26,945 nucleotides of DNA from a bacterium (GCA_050125095.1 JASFEA010000025.1:1-26945), one strand, 5' to 3'; counted from the first letter of the stretch, positions 6,635-15,806 are shown. Numbers and translations: made by a program. The notes: generated by a model not told the origin, from the letters alone.

Positions 6635-8104
6635 ATGGAACGCGGTGGTCGATATATCGCTATTGTGTGTTTCTCTTTAAGTACGGTCCTGGCACTGATA
6701 TTATGTGCCGGCTGCGGTGAGAGCGGCAAAATGCCCATTACCACAAGTTCCGACACCGCCCTGGAATACTACCTCGAGGGGCGGGAGCTGGCCGAGAAAC
6801 TGAGGGGACAGGAGTCCATAGAGTTCTTCGACAAGGCGATTGCCGAAGACCCCGATTTCGCAATGGCCTACCTCAATCTCGCGCTCGTCTCTCCCACGAC
6901 GAAGGGCTTCTTTGAGAACTTCGACAGGGCGCGGGCCCTGGCCGACGAGGTGTCAGAGGGCGAGAGGCTTAACATCCTGGGAATCGAAGCGGGCATAAAC
7001 GCCTTCATCATGCAGCAGAGAGACCTCTATACGCAGCTTGTAGAGGCCTACCCGCGCGACGAGAGGGCCCATGGCCTGCTGGGCAACCATTATTTCACCC
7101 AGCAGGAGTTCGAGGCCGCCATCGGGGAATACGCGCTGGCGACCGAGATCAATCCCGGCTTCTCTCCGGTTTACAACCAGCTGGGCTATGCGCACAGATT
7201 CCTCCAGAACTACGATGAAGCGGAAAAGGCATTCATGAAGTACGTCGAGCTCATACCGGACGACCCCAATCCATATGATTCCTATGCGGAGCTCCTTATG
7301 AAGATGGGGAAATTCGATGAATCCATAGAGCAGTATCGCAAGGCGCTTGAGATCGACCCCAACTTCGTGGCGTCGCATCTGGGCATAGCTACCAATCTCA
7401 ACTTCAAGAACCGGCATGCCGACGCGCGAAAGCAGATCGATGAGCTTTACGCCATAGCCCGCAATGACGGCGAGCGCCGCACGGCGCACTTCGCAATGGC
7501 GGTTTCCTTTATCGACGAGGGCATGATGGCAGATGCGATTGAGGAGATCAGAAAGCAGTACGCGCTGGCGGAGCGAATAGACGACGCGGGGGCGATGGGT
7601 GCCGACCTCAACCTCATCGGCAATATTCTGCTTGAGTGGGGCAAGTATGACGAGGCGCTGGCCAATTATGAGCAGGCCGCCGAAGTGGTCAGATCTTCCG
7701 ACCTGTCCGATGAGGTCAAGGACAACAGCAAAAGGAATTTTCTCTATAACTCCGCGCGCGTCGATATAAAGCTGGGAGACCTGGCATCCGCCAGAGCCAA
7801 GGCCGGGCAGTACCGGGAAGAGGTCGAGGCGCTGGGCAACCCGAACCAGGTGCGCCTGGCTCATCAGCTTGCGGGCATGATTGCGCTGGCAGAAGAGGAC
7901 TTTGACCTTGCTGCCCGGGAACTCGAGCAGGCGAGTCAGCTGAACGCTTACAATCTCTACAGGCTGTCACTTGCGTACAGGGGCAGGGGAGACATCGAGA
8001 AGTCCAGGGAATACTGCGCGAAGGCCGCGGATTATAACGGCCTGGTCGATATCAACTACACCTATATCAGAACCAAATCGAAGGACATGCTGAACCGTCT
8101 GTAG
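6635..8104 (+). CDS. Tetratricopeptide-repeat lipoprotein
   Basis: GGAGG SD, lipobox-like LCAGC after a hydrophobic stretch, multiple TPRs (AIAEDPDFAMAY, YNQLGYA, PDDPNPYDSYAELL, ALEIDPNF). Confidence 0.88.
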   Translation: MERGGRYIAIVCFSLSTVLALILCAGCGESGKMPITTSSDTALEYYLEGRELAEKLRGQESIEFFDKAIAEDPDFAMAYLNLALVSPTTKGFFENFDRARALADEVSEGERLNILGIEAGINAFIMQQRDLYTQLVEAYPRDERAHGLLGNHYFTQQEFEAAIGEYALATEINPGFSPVYNQLGYAHRFLQNYDEAEKAFMKYVELIPDDPNPYDSYAELLMKMGKFDESIEQYRKALEIDPNFVASHLGIATNLNFKNRHADARKQIDELYAIARNDGERRTAHFAMAVSFIDEGMMADAIEEIRKQYALAERIDDAGAMGADLNLIGNILLEWGKYDEALANYEQAAEVVRSSDLSDEVKDNSKRNFLYNSARVDIKLGDLASARAKAGQYREEVEALGNPNQVRLAHQLAGMIALAEEDFDLAARELEQASQLNAYNLYRLSLAYRGRGDIEKSREYCAKAADYNGLVDINYTYIRTKSKDMLNRL

Positions 8105-8175
8105 CGGCAGGCGCTTCCCTACCGGCACGCCGCACCCGGACAGACGCAGCCGGCCCATGGCCCGCCGGTGCATTG

Positions 8176-8204
8176 CCTGCCTGAGCAAGACCTGCCTGAG
8201 CAAG
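8176..8204. repeat. Tandem 14-bp direct repeat (period 15)
   Basis: CCTGCCTGAGCAAG at 8176-8189 and 8191-8204. Confidence 0.8.
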
Positions 8205-8285
8205 GCCTATGGGTGCTTGCCGTTCTCCCGCCTGCCGCCCCCATGCATCCGCCCTCTGTGACCGGCCGCACACCTTCGCCGGGGC

Positions 8286-8314
8286 TTGACCAGGCCACCC
8301 ACACCCGATAGAAT
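8286..8314 (+). promoter_or_regulatory. sigma70 promoter for the M42 peptidase-MFS operon
   Basis: TTGACC-N17-TAGAAT. Confidence 0.65.
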
Positions 8315-8345
8315 TTATACTCCAACGCCTGACGGGGGTGATCCA

Positions 8346-9410
8346 ATGGTGAAGGGCAAATTCAGGAAGCATGTCGAACTTCTCAGAGAGCTCATTTTCG
8401 CTCCCGGCGTATCCGGCTGGGAGGACCCGGTCCGGGAACTCATAGAGGACAAGGTTAAAAAGCACGGCAGGACCGAGGTCGATAACCTCGGCAATCTCAC
8501 GCTCACGCTCGGCAAGGGTGACAGGCACGCCATATTCGTAGCCCACATGGACGAGATCGGGCTGATTGTGAGCCATATTGAGAACAACGGTTACGTGCGC
8601 GCCAGGAAGGTAGGCGGAATCGACGACCGCATTCTCGTCGGGAGAACCGTCGATATATACGCCCGGGGCCGCAAGACGCCCGTACCCGGGGTCATAGGCC
8701 TCAAGCCTCCCCATCTCATGAAAGACCGCGCGGGCGAGATGTCCCGCGTGATACCGGTCGAAGACATCTTCATCGACGTGGGGACCAGGTCCGACGATGA
8801 AACCGAGGCCCTCGGGATCACCAAACTCTGCCCGATAATAATGAGAAAGCACTTCTCCCTGCTCGAGAACCATCTCGTGGCGACCCGCGCCCTGGACGAC
8901 AGGATGGGTTGCGCGGCTCTTATCATGGCGCTCGACGCGCTCGACGTATCCAAACTCAGGCACCGCGTCACCTTCGCGTGGTCCGTGCAGGAGGAGCTCG
9001 GTCTCAGGGGGGCCCAGGCGCTGGGTAACCGGCTTAAACCCGACTTCGCGGTGGCCATCGACTCCTGTACGACCGGGGACGCGCCGATGGTAGACTACCA
9101 CCTCTCCGCGGTGGAAGTCGGAGGCGGGCCCGTGCTCCGCATGCTCGACCGCATGGCATTCGCGTCCAGGACGATGATGGAGAACGTGGGCAAAGTCGCG
9201 AAGAAGACGAATATACCCACGCAGGTCGCGGTTACGAGCGGCGCGACGGACGGGGCCGCCATCCAGACGCACGGGGCCGCGATGATCGCGCTCGCCGTGC
9301 CGGTCAGATACGTGCATTCGCCGGTTGAGGTAATGAGCCTCAGGGACTTCGACCATCTGGTGAAGCTCGTCACCGTCATCGCAATGAAGATAGGCACGTG
9401 GGCTCAGTAA
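8346..9410 (+). CDS. M42 family metallo-aminopeptidase (TET-like)
   Basis: PGVSG.E, AHMDEIG, ALDDR.G, VQEELGLRGA, AIDS, GATD, RYVHSPVE; metal ligands intact. ATG 8346 follows GGGGGTGA. Confidence 0.92.
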   Translation: MVKGKFRKHVELLRELIFAPGVSGWEDPVRELIEDKVKKHGRTEVDNLGNLTLTLGKGDRHAIFVAHMDEIGLIVSHIENNGYVRARKVGGIDDRILVGRTVDIYARGRKTPVPGVIGLKPPHLMKDRAGEMSRVIPVEDIFIDVGTRSDDETEALGITKLCPIIMRKHFSLLENHLVATRALDDRMGCAALIMALDALDVSKLRHRVTFAWSVQEELGLRGAQALGNRLKPDFAVAIDSCTTGDAPMVDYHLSAVEVGGGPVLRMLDRMAFASRTMMENVGKVAKKTNIPTQVAVTSGATDGAAIQTHGAAMIALAVPVRYVHSPVEVMSLRDFDHLVKLVTVIAMKIGTWAQ

Positions 9411-10693
9411 CGCCTGAGAAGACACCCGTCCCCGGCCGGACAGGCTCGAGGCCAGAGGCCGCGCCGGGCGGCGTTGTCTCCAGGTGGAGAACATTCGCCG
9501 CGCTGCGGCATCGCAATTACCGGCTCTTTTTCTTCGGCCAGGTCACTTCCCTGAGCGGCACGTGGATGCAGTGGGTCGCCCAGGGCTGGCTGGTTTACGA
9601 GATCACCCGTTCCGCTTTCGCCCTGGGGGTGGTCGGCTTCGCGACCCGGCTCCCGGTCATCTTCCTTTCCCTGACTGCCGGGGTGCTCGCCGACAGGATA
9701 GAGAAGCGCCGCATACTCATCGTGACCCAGGTCATATCCATGGTGCTGGCTTTCATCCTGGCCGGGCTTACGCTCTCCGGAAGGGTGACTTTCTGGCACG
9801 TGGTCGTGCTGGGGGCGCTGGCGGGGGCGACCCACTCGTTCGACGCCCCGACGCGGCAGAGTTTTTATAAGGAGCTCGTGGGCGAAGAGGACCTCATGAA
9901 CGCGATAGCCCTCAATTCCACCATATTCAACGCGGCAAGGCTGGTGGGCCCGGCGCTCGCGGGGATACTGATCAAATACATAGGAACGGGCGGCTGCTTT
10001 CTCATTAACGGCGTCACCTATCTCGCGGTCATTGCAGCTTATCTCCAGATGCGCCTCCCTCCCATGGAGAAAGTGGAAGACCGCGGCAGCCACTGGGAGG
10101 AGCTCAAGGAAGGTCTCAGCTTCGTCCGCAACCACCCGGTCGTGAGAACCGGCATCACCATAATCGCCTTCGCGAGCCTCTTCACCTTCTCATACGGCAC
10201 GCTTCTGCCCGTCTTCGCCGATGTCGTATTGAGAGGCGGCTCGGGGACCTACGCCGGGCTCATGGCGTCCGTTGGAGCCGGCGCTCTGCTCTCGGCGCTT
10301 GTCGTGGCGTCCCTGGGGAATGTCAGGCAGAAGGGAGTGCTGGCGAGCAGCGGCGTCGTACTGTTCCCCACAGTCATTATACTGGTGTCGTTCGCCCGCA
10401 GCTTCGCGGTGGCCTCGGTGCTCTGCTTTCTGATGGGCATGGTAATGATATTGATGACGGCGAGCATGAACACGCTTGTCCAGACGGCTATCCCCGACCG
10501 CATGCGCGGCAGGATTATGAGTTTCTATGTTCTGGTCTTCCTGGGTTCCATGCCGTTTGGCAACCTCGTGTCGGGGCGCATAGCCGAGTGGCTCGGGGTG
10601 GTAAACGCGTTCCGTATCGGCGGCGTTGCGAGCCTCGCGGTTTCGCTCACGCTGCTGGCCAGAACGAGGGAGTTCGTCCGCTACAGGGCCTGA
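9398..10693 (+). CDS. MFS transporter (MFS_3/transmembrane secretion effector type)
   Basis: FAALRHRNYRLFFFGQ..S..GTWMQ, motif A GVLADRIEKRR, about 12 hydrophobic segments, PD.MRGR. Overlaps the M42 stop. Confidence 0.92.
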   Translation: MGSVTPEKTPVPGRTGSRPEAAPGGVVSRWRTFAALRHRNYRLFFFGQVTSLSGTWMQWVAQGWLVYEITRSAFALGVVGFATRLPVIFLSLTAGVLADRIEKRRILIVTQVISMVLAFILAGLTLSGRVTFWHVVVLGALAGATHSFDAPTRQSFYKELVGEEDLMNAIALNSTIFNAARLVGPALAGILIKYIGTGGCFLINGVTYLAVIAAYLQMRLPPMEKVEDRGSHWEELKEGLSFVRNHPVVRTGITIIAFASLFTFSYGTLLPVFADVVLRGGSGTYAGLMASVGAGALLSALVVASLGNVRQKGVLASSGVVLFPTVIILVSFARSFAVASVLCFLMGMVMILMTASMNTLVQTAIPDRMRGRIMSFYVLVFLGSMPFGNLVSGRIAEWLGVVNAFRIGGVASLAVSLTLLARTREFVRYRA

Positions 10694-10758
10694 CCGGAGA
10701 ACGCAAGCGGCCCTGCATGAGAACGCCCGGGGGGCAAATAAAAGGCACTCGAAACCTG

Positions 10759-10787
10759 TTGCCAATCCCCTCCCCCATTGGTAGAAT
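10759..10787 (+). promoter_or_regulatory. sigma70 promoter for mdh (extended -10)
   Basis: TTGCCA-N17-TAGAAT with TG-n before the -10. Confidence 0.7.
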
Positions 10788-10837
10788 TCCTTGTTTGCGT
10801 AGGTGGAAGGGACGCCAACTCAGAAGGAGGTTTAGAA

Positions 10838-11773
10838 GTGGCGCGGAAGAAGATTTGTTTGATTGGTGGTGGGCAGATTGGCGGCATCCTGGCTCTCCTG
10901 GCTGCCCAGAAGGAAATGGGAGACATAACCATCGTCGATATCCCGGATGTTGAGAGCGTCGTCCAGGGCAAGGCGCTCGACATCACAGAGTCGACGCCTA
11001 TTCTCGGCTGCGATGTCAAGCTCACGGGAACGGCCGACTGGTCACAGATCAAGGGCTCGGACGTCAACATCATTACGGCGGGCCTGCCCAGGAAGCCCGG
11101 TATGTCCAGGGAAGACCTCCTGGATACCAACATCAAGATCATCACCAATGTCGCTGAAAACGTTAAGAAGTACGCACCCGATTCGTTCAACATTCTGGTC
11201 ACCAACCCGCTCGACGCCATGGTCTACTCGTTCTACAAGCTCACGGGCTTTCCGAAGAACCGCGTGGTCGGCATGGCGGGCGTGCTCGACACGGGCAGGT
11301 TCCGCTCCTTCGTGGCGATGGAGCTCGGCTGCTCGGTGGAGGACATCGGGGGCACGGTGCTTGGCGGCCACGGACCCACGATGGTTCCGCTTCCCAGGCT
11401 TGTCACCGTTGGCGGCATACCGCTTACCGAGCTTCTGTCTGAAGACAAGATAGAGGCCATAGTGACGCGCACCAGGAAGGCCGGCACCGAGATCGTCGGT
11501 CTCCTCAAGACCGGCAGCGCTTTCTTCAGCCCGGCCGCGAGCTCAATCTCAATGGCCGAGTCCTATCTCAAGGATAAGAAGCGCATATTCCCCTGCGCCG
11601 CGCTCTGCGAAGGCGAGTACGGGATAAAGGGGTTCTTCATCGGCGTGCCGGTCATGATCGGCGCGGGCGGTGTCGAGAAGATCTTCGAGATCAAACTCAC
11701 CGACGAGGAGAAGGAAGCGCTGGGCAATTCTCTGGAGGCGGTTAAGAAGGCCGTCGCCGAGACCAAGCTGTAG
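10838..11773 (+). CDS. mdh: Malate dehydrogenase (LDH-like)
   Basis: AAGGAGG then GTG 10838. GGGQIG Rossmann motif, TAGLPRKPGMSREDLL (MDH-type Arg), VTNPLD, GVLD..R, LGGHG. Confidence 0.95.
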   Translation: MARKKICLIGGGQIGGILALLAAQKEMGDITIVDIPDVESVVQGKALDITESTPILGCDVKLTGTADWSQIKGSDVNIITAGLPRKPGMSREDLLDTNIKIITNVAENVKKYAPDSFNILVTNPLDAMVYSFYKLTGFPKNRVVGMAGVLDTGRFRSFVAMELGCSVEDIGGTVLGGHGPTMVPLPRLVTVGGIPLTELLSEDKIEAIVTRTRKAGTEIVGLLKTGSAFFSPAASSISMAESYLKDKKRIFPCAALCEGEYGIKGFFIGVPVMIGAGGVEKIFEIKLTDEEKEALGNSLEAVKKAVAETKL

Positions 11774-11795
11774 GCTGTACCGGAGACTTGCTTAC

Positions 11796-11823
11796 AAGGG
11801 GTGGTCTGCCGACCACCCCTTTT
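11796..11823 (+). terminator. Rho-independent terminator between convergent mdh and era
   Basis: AAGGGGTGGTC-TGCC-GACCACCCCTT perfect stem followed by T's. Confidence 0.85.
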
Positions 11824-11858
11824 CTCATGTATTAGCGGCACCGCCGCTGCATATCCGC

Positions 11859-12746
11859 TTACTGATGACCGTAGCGCCTGGCTGAATTCTCATCCTTGCG
11901 CCAGTTCTTCCTGACCTGGACGCGGATCTCGAGAAAAACGGGCTTCCCCACGAAGGCCTCTATCGCCTCTCTCGCGGCCCGGCCGAGTTTCTTGACGGCT
12001 TCGCCCTTCCTGCCTATCAGTATCGCCTTCTGTGTGTCCCGCTCGGCTATGACGTCCACCCTTATGTAGTCCTTGCTCCCCTCCCTCTCCTTGTATTCGT
12101 CCACGACGGCGGCAACCGAGTAGGGGATCTCCTCGCCGTAGAGCTCGAATACCTTCTGCCGGACTATCTCGCCGGCGAAGAAGCGCATGGGTTTGTCGGT
12201 TATCTCATCGGGCGGGTAGAAAGGCGCCTGCTCGGGCAGGGCGGCTATGATGGCCTGCTTGAGTATGTCGAGGCCGTCGCTCTTCAGGGCGGATACGGGG
12301 ACTATCTCCTCGAACGGATAGAGCCCCATGAAGTGCTCGGTCAGGGGAAGCAGCGAAGGCTTGGATATGAGGTCGATCTTGTTAATGGCGAGGATGACCT
12401 TCTTGCCGAGCTTCCTGAGCCTGTCCAGTATATTCGTCTCGCCGTCGAAGTCATCGGCGACCGGCTCGGTGAGAAGCAGAACCACGTCGGCGTCCTCTAC
12501 GGCAGCCCAGGCCGCCTCGTTCATGACCTTCTGGAGAGCGTATCTGGGCACGAGCATGCCGGGCGTGTCCAGGAAGATGACCTGATATTCCTCGCCGGTG
12601 AGAATCCCCAGCAGTCTCTGCCTCGTGGTCTGGGGCTTGCGGGTCACGATCGAAAGCGGGAAGTTGAGGAGCTTGTTCGTCAGCGTGGACTTGCCGACGT
12701 TGGGTCTCCCGGCCACCGCGACGTAACCGCATGCGAACGTCCCCAT
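11859..12746 (-). CDS. era: GTPase Era
   Basis: GRPNVGKSTL, KPQTTR, DTPG, NKID, SAL, and KH domain (EEIPYS, ILIGRKG, VFLE..V.VRKNWR). Confidence 0.97.
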   Translation of the reverse strand: MGTFACGYVAVAGRPNVGKSTLTNKLLNFPLSIVTRKPQTTRQRLLGILTGEEYQVIFLDTPGMLVPRYALQKVMNEAAWAAVEDADVVLLLTEPVADDFDGETNILDRLRKLGKKVILAINKIDLISKPSLLPLTEHFMGLYPFEEIVPVSALKSDGLDILKQAIIAALPEQAPFYPPDEITDKPMRFFAGEIVRQKVFELYGEEIPYSVAAVVDEYKEREGSKDYIRVDVIAERDTQKAILIGRKGEAVKKLGRAAREAIEAFVGKPVFLEIRVQVRKNWRKDENSARRYGHQ

Positions 12747-12759
12747 CTCACCGGCCTCG

Positions 12760-13242
12760 CTATTTAAGGATGTCCGTCTTCCAGGGCTGCCCGAAGAAGT
12801 AGCGTATGCCCACCCCGAAGCTCATGGTGAACTCGGTCGCCGGAGCCAGGTCCATTATGGGTCCCATCTCCATGAAGAAGTCAAATGGCGAAGACCTGAA
12901 GAGGTAGTTTATGCCCAGGGGCACCCGCACGCCCAGGCGGCTGTCATCTTCCTCCAGCTTCAGTCTCCCGCCGATCCCGAGGTAGAATTTCCATCCGGGG
13001 ATTCTGACGTCTCCCGCGCTTGTCATATGGTAGAGATAATCCATGTGAACGGCAAAAGCGTCCGGGCCGTCGAAAGACCATGCAAGCGCGCCGTCGACCG
13101 CGTTCCCGCCCGCCAGCCATTGCTTGAAACTGACTCCCGTGGGCTCACCGGCTACGACGCCCAGACCCAGCGAGAACGAGATTGATGGAATCGCGGCCAT
13201 TAAGGCGGACGCGGCAATCAGGCCCATCAGGCTTCTCCTCAT
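12760..13242 (-). CDS. Small outer-membrane beta-barrel protein (DUF3996-like)
   Basis: AGGAGG before ATG 13242, signal peptide, GLGVV.GEPTG.S.K, H.DYL.H, FYLGIGGR, LGVRVPLG..Y, GIRYFF amphipathic strands. Confidence 0.75.
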   Translation of the reverse strand: MRRSLMGLIAASALMAAIPSISFSLGLGVVAGEPTGVSFKQWLAGGNAVDGALAWSFDGPDAFAVHMDYLYHMTSAGDVRIPGWKFYLGIGGRLKLEEDDSRLGVRVPLGINYLFRSSPFDFFMEMGPIMDLAPATEFTMSFGVGIRYFFGQPWKTDILK

Positions 13243-13279
13243 GGCTCGGGACCTCCTCTTTTGGCTTTGAGCTTGTAGC

Positions 13280-13309
13280 ATTATCACCCCGCCAACCCCC
13301 TTGTGTCAA
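13280..13309 (-). promoter_or_regulatory. Putative sigma70 promoter for OMP-era
   Basis: TTGACA-N18-GATAAT on the minus strand. Confidence 0.55.
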
Positions 13310-13336
13310 GCGGGTTGCGGCGGCCGAGCAAAAGGC

Positions 13337-13365
13337 TTGCCCACTGTGGGCTAATTGAATAGACT
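13337..13365 (+). promoter_or_regulatory. Putative sigma70 promoter for the pepF-like gene
   Basis: TTGCCC-N17-TAGACT. Confidence 0.5.
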
Positions 13366-13411
13366 ATGGAGTACCCCGATCCGAATCAACCCCTGACGAA
13401 AGGAGCGAATA

Positions 13412-15292
13412 ATGGGGAAGCGTGTCATCCTGCTGATTGTATGCCTCGCGGCGCTCGCCGCCGCGGCTGTCGCCGAGGACTTCGAGGCCATACCCGCCGA
13501 CCTCCGCGGCGCTTACAAGTTCGACCTGAGCGGAATGTTCTATGCCGATGATGCCGCGTTTGAGGCCGACCTTGAGTGGCTCACCGGGAAGATAGACGAA
13601 CTGGCGGCCCTCAAGGGCAAGCTGGGAGATTCGGCCGACAATCTCTACAGGGCCTATCAGGTGAGTGACGAGGTAATCCCCACCTGGTGGAAGCTCTGGG
13701 TATTCTCTTATCTCACCTTCGCGACAAACACGGATAAATACGAGTACTATGAGAAAATCAACCAGGCCTCGGGAGAGCTAGACGCCAGGATCCAGTTCGT
13801 CATGACCGAGACACAGACCATAGACGACGCGACCCTCGAGAGATTCTACCGGGAGAAACCCGAGCTCAAGGACTTCGCTTTCGCCATCGAACAGGCCAGG
13901 AGGTTCATTCCTTACACGCTGGAGCTTCCGAGAGAGGAGACGATTTCGGAGCTCTATCCTTATCTTACGGGCTGGTCGGAGCGGCTCTATCAGGCCTGCA
14001 TTGACAGGACCGACTTCCCGGACATAGTCGTGGACGGGGATACGCTCAATACCAACATCAACTACTCCGCATTGATAAATAACAAAGACAGGAGCATTCG
14101 GAGACGGGCCTGGGAGGGCTATTTCGGGAGCATGGCGGAGCAGCGCGATCTCTATGCCCTCAATCTCATAAAGGCCATCGAGGCCAACGACAAGGTAGCC
14201 ACCATGCGCGGCTACAGGAACTACCCGGACTCCAAGTTTTTCGAGGACTTCCTCACCTACGACGGCGTCTCCGCCTACTATGATGAGATCGCAGAGCACG
14301 CCTACATAAGGGAGGAATACGATAAGGTCAAGGCGAGGAAGATCAAGGCCGCTACGGGCTATGACACCCTTTATATCTGGGACAGGACGGCCGAGCCCGA
14401 GGACTTTGTAACGCCGCATTTCACGATCACCGAGGCAACCGGCATAATCAAGCAGTCGCTCTCGCCGCTCGGAGAGGAGTATCTCCTCGAACTCGGGAAG
14501 CTCCTGGAACCGGCCAATCACCGGCTGGACATAGTGGGCGGCGATAAGCGGGTCACGGGCATGTTCGCGACGGGTTGGCCCAGGGGGACCTGGCTGTTCT
14601 TCTCTTTCAGCTATAACGGTTACCTGAGTGACATATCCGGCCTGGCGCATGAGAGCGGCCACGCCGTGCACCACACCATTCAGGGCAAGACCGGCGTACT
14701 CCCGACTTACACCGACGGGCCCTCCTATGTGACCGAGGCCGCGGCCATGACCAACGAGCTTCTGCTCATGCTCTACCTCTATGAGAATGAAAGCGACCTC
14801 AAGACCAAGACATACTACCTGGAGCAGTTCCTTGAGAACATCCTCGGCCTGCTGACGAACAACATGTTCGCCCATCTCGAGCTCAAGATCTATGAAGGCA
14901 TCGAGGACGATTCGATCAAAGGCCCTGATGATCTGGACGAGCTGGCCTGGGAGACGGTCACCCCGTACAGCATCTACTACGACCTGCATCCTGAGTACAA
15001 GAACGTCTGGTCCCTGATCAGCCACTACTGGGAATCCCCGATGTACTACGTGCATTACGTTTTCGCCCAGGCCCTGGCGATGGTTTTCACCGAGAAGATC
15101 CTCACCGAGCCGGGATTCGTCGACAAGTACATCGCCCTTCTCGAGTCAGGGTTTGACAGCCCCGCTCCCGAGATCGTCAAGGAGACCACCGGCGTCGACA
15201 TGTTCGACCCGGATGTCCTGTCATCGGGATTCACCATGCTGGAAGATAAGATCGCGGAGCTGCAGGCTCTCTACAGGGAGATGGGAATTTAG
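13412..15292 (+). CDS. Oligoendopeptidase F-like M3B metallopeptidase with signal peptide
   Basis: AAAGGAG SD, signal MGKRVILLIVCLAALAAAAVA, zinc motif LAHESGHAVH, third ligand in YVTEAAAMTNE, H.W..P.YY..Y. Confidence 0.9.
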   Translation: MGKRVILLIVCLAALAAAAVAEDFEAIPADLRGAYKFDLSGMFYADDAAFEADLEWLTGKIDELAALKGKLGDSADNLYRAYQVSDEVIPTWWKLWVFSYLTFATNTDKYEYYEKINQASGELDARIQFVMTETQTIDDATLERFYREKPELKDFAFAIEQARRFIPYTLELPREETISELYPYLTGWSERLYQACIDRTDFPDIVVDGDTLNTNINYSALINNKDRSIRRRAWEGYFGSMAEQRDLYALNLIKAIEANDKVATMRGYRNYPDSKFFEDFLTYDGVSAYYDEIAEHAYIREEYDKVKARKIKAATGYDTLYIWDRTAEPEDFVTPHFTITEATGIIKQSLSPLGEEYLLELGKLLEPANHRLDIVGGDKRVTGMFATGWPRGTWLFFSFSYNGYLSDISGLAHESGHAVHHTIQGKTGVLPTYTDGPSYVTEAAAMTNELLLMLYLYENESDLKTKTYYLEQFLENILGLLTNNMFAHLELKIYEGIEDDSIKGPDDLDELAWETVTPYSIYYDLHPEYKNVWSLISHYWESPMYYVHYVFAQALAMVFTEKILTEPGFVDKYIALLESGFDSPAPEIVKETTGVDMFDPDVLSSGFTMLEDKIAELQALYREMGI

Positions 15293-15332
15293 GGGACCGC
15301 CGGGCGCGCAGCCCGGAATGAAAAAAGAACTC

Positions 15333-15365
15333 AAAGGGCATCCCGTGAGGGGTGCCCTCTTTATT
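15333..15365. terminator. Bidirectional rho-independent terminator between pepF-like and cupin genes
   Basis: AGGGCATCCC-GTGA-GGGGTGCCCT stem (one G-U pair, GNRA loop), A-rich on the left and T-rich on the right. Confidence 0.75.
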
Positions 15366-15699
15366 CGCTGAGGGCCGCTTTGGAGGGAGCGAAAATTGCC
15401 AGGTACCGGCCGGCTTCGACGCACTTCATGCCGTGCTCCGACCCCGGCGGGAAGTATACGATGTCGCCGGCCGTGAGGGTCTCCCTGCGGTCTTCGAGTA
15501 TGACTTCGTGCACGCCGCTCATAATGAAGAGGCTCTCGCCGGTCACGATGGCGTGATATTCGACCTCCATGCCCTCCCGCGCGTCGAACAGAACGACATT
15601 CTGGTATAGGCTGTCGTCGGCCGAGAGAAGAAGCCGCTCGAAGAGACCCTTCCTCCTGGTCTCTGCCGGAGCCATATCCGTACTCCGCGTGATCACCAC
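15361..15699 (-). CDS. Cupin domain protein
   Basis: EYH....ESLFIMSG, L.AGD.VYFPPG.EH cupin_2 motifs. Start uncertain (CTG 15714, GTG 15699 or ATG 15675). Confidence 0.8.
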   Translation of the reverse strand: MVITRSTDMAPAETRRKGLFERLLLSADDSLYQNVVLFDAREGMEVEYHAIVTGESLFIMSGVHEVILEDRRETLTAGDIVYFPPGSEHGMKCVEAGRYLAIFAPSKAALSE

Positions 15700-15730
15700 T
15701 TCATCGTCAGGCAGAATGACCTCCCGGTAA

Positions 15731-15756
15731 TGTGCATTTCAAGGCCTGAATCCCGG
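15731..15756. repeat. REP-like repeat core, copy B (degenerate)
   Basis: TGTGCATTTCAAGGCCTGA matches the core at 41-59 at 18/19. Confidence 0.75.
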
Positions 15757-15806
15757 AAACCGCATCGGTTTGCCCGGCTTTCCACCGGTGGCTTCTTTAC
15801 AACACG

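Noticed and set aside
10778..10837. N-terminal ORF extensions of mdh (similarly 8286-8345 for M42 and 13243-13287 for the OMP)
   Set aside because: These overlap promoter and SD elements, and better-supported starts lie downstream
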